Below are positions 37,237 to 50,122 of a stretch of 64,000 nt of DNA, one piece after another. Position 1 is the first letter of the stretch. Every line of letters begins with the position of its first letter. This DNA is from Microthyrium microscopicum (lineage: Eukaryota). The DNA lies in the NCBI GenBank assembly GCA_010405405.1, contig MU004246.1, forward strand, positions 248,001-312,000. Reading direction: 5' to 3'. Position numbers and translations under genes: made by a program. The notes beneath the pieces are model-generated. The model searched no databases. It saw only the letters and a list, made by a program, of their open reading frames with translations, and was not told where the DNA came from.

Positions 37237-39498
37237 CTAGAGCGCGTAGTCACCATCAGCATGGCCATGATGTTTCGAGCTACTTGGTGCCCCGCTTGGT
37301 CCCGCCGCCCCAACCTGCTGATGACTGGGCATAGGTGGCGGCGGATCATGATACGGTGGTCCCTCATCAACATCGTCCTCCTCATAATATTCCTGTTCAT
37401 CATCGTCGAGAAAGTCCTGTTCAGAGTCTTGCACATTGTCTTCGTAGCGTTCACCATAGTCGTAGTCGTCATAAGCGCCCTCGTCCTCTGGTCTACCACC
37501 CTGCTGTGCATGCACATTTGGATCCGCCGACGGATGGCCAGGAAGACCACCAGTGTTTCTCAAGAATTCACGCTTTTGAAACTCGGCAGCCTGGTGTGCG
37601 AGGGATTTGTGTGTGGCTTTGTTGGACTTTTTGTTCTTGCGGCCCTTTTGCTTGACCTTTTCCAACATTCTACGTCGTTCGGCTATAGCTTTCTGGGATT
37701 TACGATCTTTGATTTCGTACTGTCGAATCAGGGCGGCAGGAGGGCCGCCGTAAATGGCCTCGTACTCGCAAAACTCGCATATCCAGATATCTTCACGCTT
37801 GGGTGGATGTTGTTGGTTGGCCCAGCTTTGGTTGATGCGTCGTTCACGCGCTGCAATCTCATATACGCGACCTGGCTTGCGGGGACGTGTCTTCTTTGGC
37901 GGCTGTTGATGGCCACCCTGTTGACCCTGGTGTTGTGTTGGAGTGCCATTCGGACCTTGAGTATTTCGTCGAGATCCATCTGGGTTCTGTGAGGGTGGAT
38001 GCGGGTAGTTTGGGTCGGCAGCGGACATGCTTGAGTTGCCCGGCCAGACTTTGTTGGATGGCGAATCGCAAGTAAAGGTAAAGTTGCTCGTCGCCGGTGA
38101 GGATTTATTGGCCTGTTGGAGGAGTGAAACGTGCTCAGAGCCTTTGGTAGGAGTCGAGAGCTCTTGGGATTGTGCGTTGGCGATGGCGGTGGAGATGATT
38201 CCCTTGCCGGTTGGAGAAGAGCTAAGGTTCTGAGAGGACGCTGTGAGGAGGGAGAAGGAACTTGGTCAGCGGAGTCGTTCATGAGAAGATTTGTTGGGAT
38301 AGTGATGTAAAATATCAGTGTTAAAATGGGAAAATCATGAGCAGATGAAGCGTTGAGTTGTTGAATGTTCAAAGGGAGTTTGAATGGAGAGGATGACAGA
38401 GGCTTGAAGATGCAGGAGGTACGACCCAGTGCCAAGCCCGCGCCTAATTCCCAAGTAGCCAAGCGCGGAATCAGCGGAATTCCAACCACGATTTCCAAAT
38501 TTCATGCTGACGGATGGCGACACGAGTTTAAAGAAGCAGATAAACATACCTTGTTTATTAGCAAGTCCACCAGAGGCTCTGCGAGCCGACCCTGCTCCAT
38601 AGTTCACTCCATTCGTGCTTGTACCCAGTGGGCGACGATCCAACGAGCCCCGTCCTGAGCGCGGACTACGAATTCGTGGCACTTGCGAGATAGGGATCGT
38701 AGAGTGTGGCAATAAAGCCGACGCCGAAGCAGAGGTGCCTGAACCATAATAACTTCCTGACCGATCTGCCGGCGCACCTTCGTCAGTAGCTCCTGCGGAT
38801 GCCTCGGATTGCTGCGTGAGAGGAGACAGATGAACATTTGCCATGTCTGTAGAGAGCGACAAGGGAAGGTTAGTTAAACTTCCCATACTGCCGTTGGACT
38901 GTGGAATCTTGCGCTTCTTCTTATTATTCGTGTTTTCAAAGCCCTCATCTCCATCGACTGACGAGTTTGCCGACTCAACCTGTGGCGGCTGCGAATTGCT
39001 TCCCATGCTTCCTTTGCCATGCGAAGCAAGACGACCTTGTGGTCTGGACATGGCCTTCTTTGCCGGCTTTTGATAGCTCTCCGTATAACTACCGGATCCG
39101 CGACCATATTGTGAATCCTCGTGATACTGCTCATCTTCCCACGATCCACGTGGTCCATTCGCGCGCCCGTCTCGATCATAACGATTTGTGGGCTTTCGAC
39201 CGTCTGCTGACTCTCCAGTCTCGGGATTGTACGCTAATCGAAATAGAGGTTGATTTTCTGGGACAGATGGAAAGACCAGCGCGTCGGCTTGTTCTGAGGA
39301 AAGCCGATCACGAAGACGACGTTTAGGAAGAGGTTTTATCGGTCGGTCTTGAGAAGAGTCGGGAGAACCAAAGTCGGGGGATAGGCGAGAGGCGATGGGC
39401 GATCTGGCCATACTTGGCGAGGCGGAGGCATTTGATCTTGAAGCTTGAGGTGAAATGGTATTGCGAGCAGAATTCGAACCGGCTGTACGTCGAGACAT
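37237..39498 (-). CDS. Conserved-looking fungal protein of unknown function (probably nuclear), C-terminal CxxC motif; start could be upstream at 39630
   Basis: Two exons joined by a 309-nt intron (38549-38241). Motifs IKPLPKRRLRDRLS, ENTNNKKKRKIP, GIISTAIANA, FTFTCDS and DIWICEFCEYEAIYG..P.ALIRQYEIKDRK. Confidence 0.8.
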
Positions 39499-41079
39499 GT
39501 TCGGCGAGTGACGCGACGATGGCGAATTTTTAATGCCGTTGCCGCCTGATCGGATCGATGCCCAGTCATAACCTAAGTCAGGCAAAAACCCAGTAAGCAT
39601 GCGATTCCAAATATCCATAAGACGAGCCATTGAGTAAGAGCAGTGGCAGTGGTGATGAAGGAAAAGAAAGTCTAGACGGAAAGGGCAGGATGGTAATATG
39701 AGGGAAAGGTATCGGAAAAAGCCAAACACGCAATTGCTTTGACATGCGGCAACAATTGTAGAAGGTGCTGGAGGTGGAATAGCAATGGCAAGAGCTAGAC
39801 AAGCTGAAGCGGATAAACATAGATGCCGCGCAACCTTCCAGGTGTTGCTGCAAACTACCTCAATCGAATCTTATATCGGGGAGTTTCCTCAAGCGGGAGA
39901 TGGTGCAGGGTATCAAAATCCAAGACAAGACAAGACATACTGGGACCGCTAGCCATGATGGCTTATCCAAACACCCTTCCTTTCCTATGCAATGTTTTCC
40001 TTTCCCAAAGCTAATCCCAAGCTTGATCAATGGTTCTTGTTGATAGGTTCTTCCAATGACAAGGACAGATCAGCACGGCGACGACTTAGAAAATGACCGA
40101 CAGGCAGAAGCCTTGTGTTGGTAGCAATCAATGCTCTTTCTATGACAATCCGACCAATTCCTAGCTCGGCAACACACTTTGCTGCTTCCTGATATCCAAA
40201 TGACAGCGAGATGAGGGATTCGTACTCGGGCAGACAGCCAGCGAAGGACAGGTGGATGAGTAGCCGAGACAGGCGATGGGTTGGTTCGGATAGTTGGAGG
40301 AGTCGGCGGTTTGGGAGAGGTATGAAGGAGGGGAATAAAGCTCCAGGAGCCAGGTTGGAATCGGTGGAGCAGGACAGAGCGGGAGCTTGGTTTTTTGTAT
40401 GTATTGGTGATGGGAGAGGGTGCAGTTGGGACTTGGGGGAGTTGAGGTATCAAGGATCACTAGTGATGAGTGCACTGGCTTAGTCATGCCAGTTCCGTCT
40501 CCCCTTTGCCTCTAGAGTCTGGGAGAATGTCTCTTTTTCTGAACCGTTCCACCCCTTTTTTCCTTGACAGGATGAATTAGCGAAGCACTTTACAGTCATA
40601 TTTTATTTTATTTCCTTGATTGCGCTCAAACCAAACTACCCCTAGCTGCTCGTCTATGCCGTTTGCTTCCAGGGCTACTTGGGACTGTACACTGTACAAT
40701 ATCACGAGCAGCAGTGCAAACGGCCAATATGTTTCTGATACTTGTGCAATTACAGGGGCATATGAGACAGGAGACTCGATCGTTTCTACGCCTCATTTGA
40801 TGCCTGTAATTGCTCCTCATCTTACCGTACTCGTTGATTTGTTCATTTGAATCAACCATTTCTCCCTCCTGACCCAAGTCTCCCATTGCCTGATTGCCTC
40901 AACTTGTGATGGGACTGTGGGACTGTAGTTCCGAATGGCATGCTCCAATCAAGTATGATGTACCCAATCTGCTGCGATACATTACCAGGTGCTTTACTTG
41001 CCATCGCCTGCGTAAAACTCTCCTTGACAACGAATGCGTAAGACTCTCGACTTCACCTCGACTGCATAACACTCTTAAC

Positions 41080-41790
41080 TTCGCATCGCGTGCGTAGGAA
41101 CCTCGAGTCCCTATCGAATACGCTGGGAACCAAAGCATCTTCTCTCTATGAAGCACGGTGGGCGCCATCGCCGTTGCTATTCATACCTACTATCTACTAT
41201 CTACTTGTTACCTCTATCCTAATCCAAATTCCTTCATATGCCATACACAAAACCTCGCATCTCCCATCGAACGCGCTGGGAGCCAAAGCATCCTCTCTCT
41301 ATGAAATGCGATGGGAGCCATCGGGATAGATGGCAGAACGCTAGTTGCATCGTCTATCCGTTGACATACCCGAAATCATCAAATTCACAGTCTGCCAATG
41401 ATCAAACCAAATATAGCATCCTCCCATCGAATGTGCTGGGAGTCAATGCATCTTTTCTTTATAAAGTGCGATGGGCGCCAGCGAAGCTCATGGGAGTACG
41501 GCAGTTTCATTATCCATCCATTGCCATGCCTCAACTCGCGACAATCAGTATAAATATCTCTCAAAACCCATGAAAAAGCAGTTTACCAACAGGCAAGCAA
41601 AATATGCCACTCTCCCATCTAGTACGATGGCTACCACGGCACTTCATGTTAAGAATAGGCGAATCTTCCCATCTTACTCGATAAATTTCCCAACGTTCTA
41701 CGCATACGATGGTAAACAACGCATTCGGTCACTAAGCGTAGCAGATGGGCGCCAGCGACGTTGATGGGAGATTACAATTGATATTCCATT
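41080..41790. repeat. Tandem cluster of four diverged copies of the palindrome MITE-like family
   Basis: Cores CTCCCATCGA... begin at 41108, 41261, 41421 and 41612 (spacings 153, 160, 191). The fourth copy is colinear with 44302-44515. Confidence 0.8.
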
Positions 41791-41845
41791 ACTTCATTGC
41801 TATTCATACAGCACTAACTTCGCAGCCATCATGTCCATGTCTAGC

Positions 41846-43800
41846 TTACGACGTACTCTCTACCTCTGGTGCATATTCTTGCTTCCAATTACTGAGCCTT
41901 GTGGATAGACTGGCCGCCATTGAAGCTGCCGAATTGGATGATTCCGCACTTTCGACAACGGGCAATGCTTGGGCCATCTCTTTCTGCGCGTGGGCTATGA
42001 ATTCCTGCATTTGGGTAGCGCGACGGTTGAGTTCTGCCATAGTAGGCAATCGCGGTTGACCGTCGTTTCTGTCTTTAGGTGGTCGACCCTTTGGGCGTGC
42101 TCCATTACCCAATGTAGTAGGTTGACCTGTTCCACTGCTATCAGCACCACTTCCGGCGCCTTCCTTTGGGGATGGAGAGCCCTTTCCGTTTTTGGCCGGA
42201 GAGCCAATGTCTCCTTCTCTAGGTGTCAATGCGGACCTGCCGCCCCGAACGCCCTTTCTGCGTAGGCCAGGTGGTATGCGTTTGGATGTGGACGCAGATG
42301 CCTGAGTTGGCAAGTTGTTGGTTGGTGCGGAGGCAGGCGCGTCTTCAGCATTGGTAGCTGCATTAGGAGTCGCTTCTTCAGTAGGAAGTGTTTCCTCTTC
42401 GTCGCCGTTTTCATCTGGCAGTTCTGGGTCTAAGATAGTGTTAGCCGAGAGCAAAGAATGATGTTTTTGAAGTTATTACCGTCAGCTCTTCGACGTTCCG
42501 CCCTGTCTCTACGCTTGGAAGCTGCCTCAGCTTTGGCACGCTCCTTGTCCCGCACATCTTTGTCTTTGTGACCTTGACTTTTCGGAGCAGTGCTGCGTGG
42601 ACCTTTTCTCTTTCCATCGTCTCCAACCTCAGACATACCACGGACTGATCCAGCTTTGGATCCTGAGCTAGGTGGTGTGCTAGAATTGGTTCTTTGTCTT
42701 TTCAGGTCTGACCGCATACTAAACAATTTCAGTTAAGCCCCGTTGCGTTCTTTTCGCGGTGTACTTACTCTTCACTATCTTCTCGGTTGCGTTTAACTTT
42801 GCGTGTACTTGTCTCTGAAGGAGCACCATCCTGCTTGCTCTCTTCCAGGACTTTACGTAAAACCTCGTCTTCGTCAAGCGCAGCGCGACTGTTCATTGTA
42901 GATCTTCTTTTCGGGGGCTCGGCTGGTACTTTCAAGGAAGATTCGCGAACTGGTCGAGCTTCAGAAATCGAGAGCTTGCGATGCGACTTGGACGATTTTC
43001 CAACAGTAGGAATGTAACGAGAATATTTTTGACTGCGAGAAGTATTAGCAACTCAGATCAAGCAAGTACAAATGAGCTAGAATCATTGAAGCTCAACGGC
43101 CTGGGTTCTAGCTTGGTTGACAGCAACATCGCAGCTAACGATTTGTGACGACCATAAGGATCTTGACTCTGGAACATGGGGTGACTTACCCAGTATGGTC
43201 TTTGCTTAAGTGATGAAAGTCAGGACGACATTGTTCACAATAGTAGTTGAATGATGGGGGAGGCTCCTCCATAATACCAACGCAGCCGCCATGCTGCCAT
43301 ACAGCACAGGTTTCGCATTGGATGAATAATGAGCCAGGCTCATCCGGCACGTCTGCATCGTCGCCATCTGTAGGAACTGCAACTGCGGGGACTTTGGTGG
43401 GTTTAGGCGTGTTTTCGATCACTGGTAGTCCAGGCCAATCCTGAGAACCACATATACAACGAGTAGTCTCCTCATCCTCAATTATCTCGTCGTCGTTAGG
43501 ATGCGAGTCCTCGGCCTTGGCCATTGCATCTCCTGTTGTAGTTTCTTGTTGTCTACGAGATCGGCGCGTAGTCACGGTGGAGGTGGCATCGTTCTGCTCC
43601 TCGGATGGCGAGAGAGAGTGAGGAGTAGAGGATTTTGGAGGACTGGCAGCCTTCCCACTTCTTGTAGGACGATCGGCGCGACCTGAGGTAGAGGAATTGG
43701 CAGAGCTTCCAGCGTTGGAGACAGCGGCCGAGGGGACGGAGGGAGGTTGGTGGGTGCGAGCGCGCGAGCTTCTTCGCGGGGACGGAAGACCTTTAGCCAT
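41846..43800 (-). CDS. cti6: PHD-finger protein, Cti6-like (Rpd3L histone deacetylase complex subunit)
   Basis: Exons 43800-43190, 43032-42769, 42718-42480, 42429-41846. Motifs EETTRCICG...FIQCETCAVWQHGGCVGI...YYCEQC, RSTMNSR and C-terminal TMAELNRRATQMQEFI...LSNWKQEY. Confidence 0.85.
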
Positions 43801-44301
43801 TGCGAGCAAGGTCTATTTGCGTATAAAAGGATGAATTGGCGTCGGATTGGATGAATGGGAAGTAAGGGGAGCAAGAGCTGGGCTGAGCTTGGAGAGGAAT
43901 TGTCTGGTCGGAATGGTGCGCTGGCTAAGGAGCGTGCTGCGTGGCAGCAGAATATTGTAAGTGAAATGCCTCGTTAGCTTGAGAAGGGAGCCATTGTTGA
44001 GTTCTGGAGGCAGCTGTAGCATAAAAGCTCGAAGACTAACGGAGTGGAAAAGACAATTAGTAGTTGGTGGGAGAAAACGTATAGGCTGGGACCGAAGTCG
44101 AGACTGGAGGGAAGCAATGCAAGCAACTCGGCGGTTGACTTTGCGTGCACTAAATCTGGAAGGAGCGACTTGAGCGCGCGGATGACCCAGCGGGCAGTTC
44201 GTGCCTGCCTGCCTTTTCCCCCTCGCCCTGGATTCGCCCAATCAAATCGCTTGACCAGGAGAAACATATCGCCGCTACTGTCCTGCCAAATTTGAAGCTG
44301 C

Positions 44302-44515
44302 CAGCCGATACAAAATAACTGGCGTTATCCCAACAACGTCGATGGCTCCCATCAACGTTGTTAAATAAAAGGCGTTATATTTCCCATCGCACTCGATAAA
44401 ATATCCAAGTCTAAACGTGCTCGACGGGAAATAAAGCACTCGATAGCAGATCGTCTTGTATGGGAGCCATCGCATTCGCTGGGAGCGCGCCGTGTATTTC
44501 GTCGACCCCCGGCTG
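44302..44515. mobile_element. 214-bp longer copy of the palindrome MITE-like family
   Basis: CAGCCG...CGGCTG ends. Aligns to the reverse complement of 30781-30910 apart from an 83-bp internal segment bounded by CCATCGCAYTCG repeats (44384, 44467). Confidence 0.75.
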
Positions 44516-45471
44516 CTATGCTTGCTGAATCAGCCAAATTGTGAATCACGTGATGAGTATTTCGGCTGACTGATCCAGGCTCCCAGATGACCTCGATGCG
44601 CAGGCGGAAAAGTTGAGGGCATGCATTTTGAAGCTAGAGGATGGAGAAGGCATGGCGCTTTGATGAGAGATTGTGTGTTGTGTAGTTAGTGAAAGGGAGG
44701 TTGAAGATGAAGACAAAGAGCTGGTGCGGGTAGAAGTGCAGTTTCAAGTCGGTCAGGAAGCAAGACTGAGAACAGGACGACAGAAAAAGCACAGGCATAA
44801 GCAGGCCAATCTTCGGCTTGCAGATCAAAGCTTCCCTAGAGCAAATCATGAAAATGCAACGACAAGGCGTTGCAATCTGCCTTTCAATCCTCGTTCTCCG
44901 GCGTATGCGGGGAAGGACGGAAGTTCTCCATCCTGAGACACATCCAAAGCTTCAGTCAAGAGGCTGCAAGCACCGGATCAGGAAGAGTGTGCTGCCTTGT
45001 GCTGCTATATAATTTGTGCCGGAATTCAAAATACATATCCTATAAACTAGACGTCCTGCTCTGAATATAAAAGCATTACATTACTGAAATTCACTCGGAG
45101 GTAGTAGCTTGTGTTTTATGAAGAGCTTCGGCTGAACCTTCCCATTCAGAATCTAGCGCCTTCACAACCATAAGGCTGAGACAAGGCTGAAATTACTCAC
45201 GGAATCCGCAGCAAATTCTTCTGGAACTGAGCTCAGCTTGTTGATGAGAAAAATCAATTCAGATAAGTGAGGAGTTTTGATTAAGTTTAGAACTGATACC
45301 TAGAACTTGGTTAATCATCTATGATATTGCTGTTATGGCCTCTATCGTGGACGCTTATTCAACCGCTGGCCCATTATTTAATACATCATTGAAGAACCAT
45401 AAATCTTTCGTCTTCCTATCTGTCTTCCAAAATAGCGGTTAATGAGGGCCACTCTAAGACAAGAGTGTGTT

Positions 45472-46262
45472 TTACCTGTCTGGCTTCGTCAGGAATATTG
45501 GGTACATGGATGCTTTCACCTGTACAGATGCATCGTTTTCACCAAGTCTGTCAACTAACAGATAGAAGTTAGCTATAGATACCGCAATATGCTGTAATAC
45601 AACGTATCTCTTCAACAGACTTACCTCTTTAATTTGTCGTGCTTGCATAACATTCAGGATAATAAGGAACCCAAATGCAAGAAAGCACAGGGCCAGTGAT
45701 GCCTGGATTCTACGATGTGTGTCGGCAGGCATAAGAGTATTTGTTTGTGATTCAAAGTCGGATGGCGATGAACCACTAGTATTCAAAGATCGTTCCCGAG
45801 TTGCCTTCTCCTCTCTCTTCTTCACATCCTCGGGTTGTTGTTCCCGTATTTGGGACAAATAGATATCCCAGTCATGGGATTGTACTTGTTTGCAGCCCAG
45901 GCGCCATTCTCTCGCTCTTCCCGGGCTTTCAGTTTTTCCCGTGCCTCGTCTATTGCAATCATGATCGCATCGAAAGTGGGGGATCCAGATTTAGAATTAT
46001 TCGGCGGAATATACGGGTTGAATTTTGGCTCGTATTTCCTTCTCTCACCTCCGGCTTTCGTGTCCTGATTTACCGCTTTCTTTGCGTCTTTGGTCGTATC
46101 AAAGGTTGAATACGTAGATTTCGAGGCGGATGATGGCAAATGCGACTTTATGACTCGCTCGCGTTCCTTTCTCTCTTCTCTTTTATCCATGTACGCAAGC
46201 ATCTCATGTACCTGATCCGATATAGCGTCGTAAAAAGCGGGATCGAACTTGAAACCCTCCAT
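45472..46262 (-). CDS. Orphan gene or frameshifted pseudogene (charged N-terminal part, one TM segment)
   Basis: Two overlapping minus-strand ORFs in different frames (46262-45822 and 45858-45472). accATGG start; no obvious intron joins them. Confidence 0.4.
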
Positions 46263-47213
46263 GGTTAAAAACGACTATAGAGTATCGATTAGCTCGTTCT
46301 AGTAGCAGAAGTTATATCCCTGGAAGCATACTTAGCAACCAAGATTCCTACGTGTTTGATTTTTGACAAACATGGGAAATGAGGACAGATTGAAATGCTT
46401 GAAGGCGAAGGAGCGGTAGCCTATGGGAATAATTTTTCCTTTGTTAAAGTGCCTTTAACGTCCATTTCTTGGCTCACTAGAACTTGTTTACCACTTGGCA
46501 ATTGTTGAGCCATCAGGCCAAGAGACTCAAAGACCGGGACTACGCAGTGGCTAATGAGTTTGCTTGGTAGTGTCGGCACTGCTTGCTTACTGGGGCGCCA
46601 TAGAATACGTTCTCAGCGTAGTGTCCCCCATACCAAGGTAGGTAGGTACATATATCGGCTTCGACTGAATGTAGAGTGCTTTCATAAATTAAGTACTTGC
46701 AGAAGATATCCCGACAGTTTGAAGCCACAACGGCTTATATCGGTGCGAGGTTGAATGAGGACATTTGATTGGATTTTGTATTATTCTTGGTATAATTCAA
46801 GGCAGAACGGCCTGAATAAGACGTCTCTTGCATCGACTGAGAGTCTCCAATGTCAGATCGTTGACCACAGACGCTAGCTCGCTCCTTTAGTTCTGGCATG
46901 ATATGCATTGACGAAAACTTGGGAAGCAACCGACTTTAAAGTATCCGATTACTCTCGTACTGTATAAGAGCCCGCGATATTTAGCCAATCCATTTCCCGT
47001 TCTGTCGGATCTCGATTTTCGATGCCCACTACCCGTTTCTCTGCAAAACATTGGAATAAGTCGGCGGCTGACTGCCATTCTCCGACTCCTTTGACTGATC
47101 GCTCGTCTGCAAAACAATGAGTGAAAGCTTTTCGAATACACCAGGGCATCACTACCTACCTTTAAGGATACCTTTGCAAGCTCGTCTGCAAAATTATCTA
47201 TACGACTCTCAAT

Positions 47214-47525
47214 CTATTGGTTCAATATTGTTAGTTGGGGATGCCGATATGGAGTAAGAGTCTTTATATTTACAGAACATAAGCCGCACGCGAGGCCAAG
47301 GATCCATAGAGCTAGATATACGATGCCAGCTATGCCTACGATCGTGAGAACTTTTACGTCATGCAGGCTAGATGCGAGTTTGGTGATATTGGTTGTTAGT
47401 TCGGTGATATCGGATTTTGATATCTCTGCAGGTAGTGGGTGCAGGAGCTTAGAGTAGGTGTTCAGTTTGTTCAAGGCAGCATCGAGAACTTGAAATTCAT
47501 CAACTGAGGTCGGAATAGGCGCCAT
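47214..47525 (-). CDS. Small orphan protein with a C-terminal TM helix
   Basis: aacATGG start at 47525 (MAPIPTS...), TM segment VLTIVGIAGIVYLALWILGLAC. Confidence 0.5.
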   Translation of the reverse strand: MAPIPTSVDEFQVLDAALNKLNTYSKLLHPLPAEISKSDITELTTNITKLASSLHDVKVLTIVGIAGIVYLALWILGLACGLCSVNIKTLTPYRHPQLTILNQ

Positions 47526-48573
47526 GTTGGAAGTTATTGTAGGATCAACTTGGAGGCGATAAAGTGTCACGGGTGATGGTGGAAGACCGGCTTTTTAAAC
47601 AGATGGCCCGTGGAAGACGTCGTCAAGACTGATATGTGGTCCACTTCAGATTCTGTACCAATTGACGATGATTCATGTTCAAGCCAAGAGACTAGAACAC
47701 CGGACACAAATAATAGCCTGATAAGCGTACATGTCGAAGAGTTTAGCCTCAGCTGGGTGCTATGTTTCACCCGACTATTGAGAATCTAGTTTCCAAGTTT
47801 ACGCATTGTCACAGAAAGTCTCCTCGACTTTCTTATCATCGTGCTAAACATGCTATGATCTAGGTAGTTATTACATAACCTCACATTCTATAGATTCCGC
47901 ACAACCATGAAAAGGCCGGGACAAAAATGAGAACATGCCCTTAGCTGATTCTGCTGTGTTTATATAGTTGTGTAGACGCTGGTCGTTGAATCCAGGACGT
48001 CTCACTTCAGAAACTTTTTTACTTTATGTCTACAGAGCAAGTGGCTGTACTGGGAGACTCGGTGTTGATGAGGTAATATTAGCAATGTATTTCCGAGTGG
48101 TGAAGTTCTTGACAGCTTCTTCTAAAGCTTGAAACTCGGCTCCTGTTGCTGGAAGAGGTGACATGGTTCAGTCTGCAGTGCAAATGGCATGGGCTGGCGC
48201 TGTGGTAGTGGTGGAAGATAAGACAGTATGGTGGTCAGTCAGTGTTATATGACATATGGCTGGGCTCCGTAAATAGCCACCAGCTTGCTCGTGGGACCAT
48301 TGCATTTTATATCTTGAAATAAAGAAACACCAAGCGACTTGGAGAGGTCTAGGTTCTTGGTAAAAAGGTTTGGCTAGCTGTTCCTAGGCTTCAGTACCGG
48401 ACATAGTCGAGGATCAGTGGACATGATACGTGTCGTTACCAGAGTTTGGTTTTCGCTAAATATATTATATAACCCACAAGAGCTCAAGCTCGTGGAAAAT
48501 TTCTCCATCGACTTCACTCCCCCTGGTTCATATCTTGAAAGAGCGCATTCCATCCCGCCGAGCTAGTTACATC

Positions 48574-49773
48574 ATGTTTCCAGACTCCTTCTACGAATCA
48601 TTCAACGCTGCCAGCGGGCCTTGGAGCGAGTTGTACGGCCGCCCGCACATGAGATCATTCCCAGAACCATCCAACAACCAAATGTGGGACATTCTCGTCA
48701 AGCGATTCTGGTCCCAATCTCCAGTCACCATAGCAGGAGCAGGAGTCCTCGCTGTGGCTTCGATTCTCTTGTTCCTGTTAGGCTTTACTGTTGTTGCAAT
48801 CTTGATCAAATTCAGATATCATGGACACCCGGCTCTCATGGCCATGGATCGTCAAAAAGCCAAAATCAAGCAACTGTTGAAGAGTGTGAACCAGCGCCAG
48901 AAGACCATTGATGAGCACGAGGAGACTATCAAGAAGCACGACAAGATGATCAAAGAGCACGAAATTATCACCGACAAGCTCCGCGAGGAAAGAAACGCCT
49001 TGAAAAAGCACTACGAGACAGAACTCGATCATTTCAATAAGTTTGCAGATGAGTGGACGAATAAGCACAATGAAAGGGAGGAACACAGACGTCGTGACCA
49101 AAATATGATCGAAGAGCACCGAAAAACAATTGAAGAGCACGAAAACACCATCAACAAGCTCCGCAAAGAACGAGACGCCTTGGAAGAGGACAAAAAGGCA
49201 ATCGAGGAGCGCCAAAACACTATCAACGAACACCGTTCAATCATCGATGAGCTCCGCACAGAAAGAAAGCAACTGGAAGATATCAAAGAAGCGCACTATG
49301 TCAAGGAACTTGGCCTATTCCTCAGCAAAGTTGAGAAAGAGCAAGCCATAGGACGCGAAATCGAAGCCGCGAACTTGGCTGAGAAGGCACATGAGCGAAT
49401 TGCCACTTTCGAGAGGATGTGGACGGACCGACTGAGATATCTTGAGATCAAGTTCGCTCAGAAGATTCAAGATCTTCAGGCACAGGTTGACGAGAACAAG
49501 GCACAAATTGATGAGAAAGAGGCACAGTTTGACGAAGATGAGGCACAGATTGACGAAGATGAGGCACAAATTGATGAGGACGAGGCACAAATTGACGAGG
49601 ATGAGGTAGGTGTTGCGTTTACACAAAAGAAATCTGTGTATTTAAGTAAGTAGCTAACGGCTTTGTAGGCTTCTGTAACCACTTCCTCTTCCGAGACTGA
49701 GTGGGTATTGACTGCGGCAAGCATGGTGGGTGATGCTGTTGAAGGGCGTACTTCTAATGTTGAGGACGAGTAG
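48574..49773 (+). CDS. Orphan single-pass membrane coiled-coil protein (paralogue A)
   Basis: Exons 48574-49605 and 49669-49773 (GTAGGT...GCTAAC...TAG). One TM helix followed by heptad repeats, including EAQIDED 21-bp tandem units. Confidence 0.75.
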
Positions 49774-49937
49774 CTTGAGGAGCAACAGTGTTACCCTTTG
49801 CCTACTCCCGAGGACTCAAAGTAAGCTAAGCTACGGAAAATGCTCGCAGGGACTTAAGCATGATGGATCGATGAATTAGATACTTATCTAGTCATACTTG
49901 AATACATTGTTTTTTGAACTTAAACGTGCATGACTGA

Positions 49938-50122
49938 ATAGAAGATAGAAGATAGAAGATAGAAGATAGAAGATAGAAGATAGAAGATAGAAGATAGAAG
50001 ATAGAAGATAGAAGATAGAAGATAGAAGATAGAAGATAGAAGATAGAAGATAGAAGATAGAAGATAGAAGATAGAAGATAGAAGATAGAAGATAGAAGAT
50101 AGAAGATGGAAGATGGAAGATA
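49938..50122. repeat. (ATAGAAG)n heptanucleotide microsatellite, about 26 units
   Basis: Near-perfect tandem repeat, with two GATGGAA variant units at the right end. Confidence 0.98.

Noticed and set aside
37192..37992. 266-aa hydrophobic plus-strand ORF
   Set aside because: Antisense shadow of the acidic/basic C-terminal exon of the minus-strand gene.
40463..40542. Second possible box C/D snoRNA (GTGATGA...CTGA)
   Set aside because: No terminal stem, weak splice donor context and no convincing guide complementarity of 10 nt or more that I can recognise.
41080..41790. CRISPR-like repeat-spacer array
   Set aside because: The genome is eukaryotic with no cas genes. The repeats are long and diverged, and the apparent spacers are partly homologous to each other (element ends), so a MITE cluster fits better.
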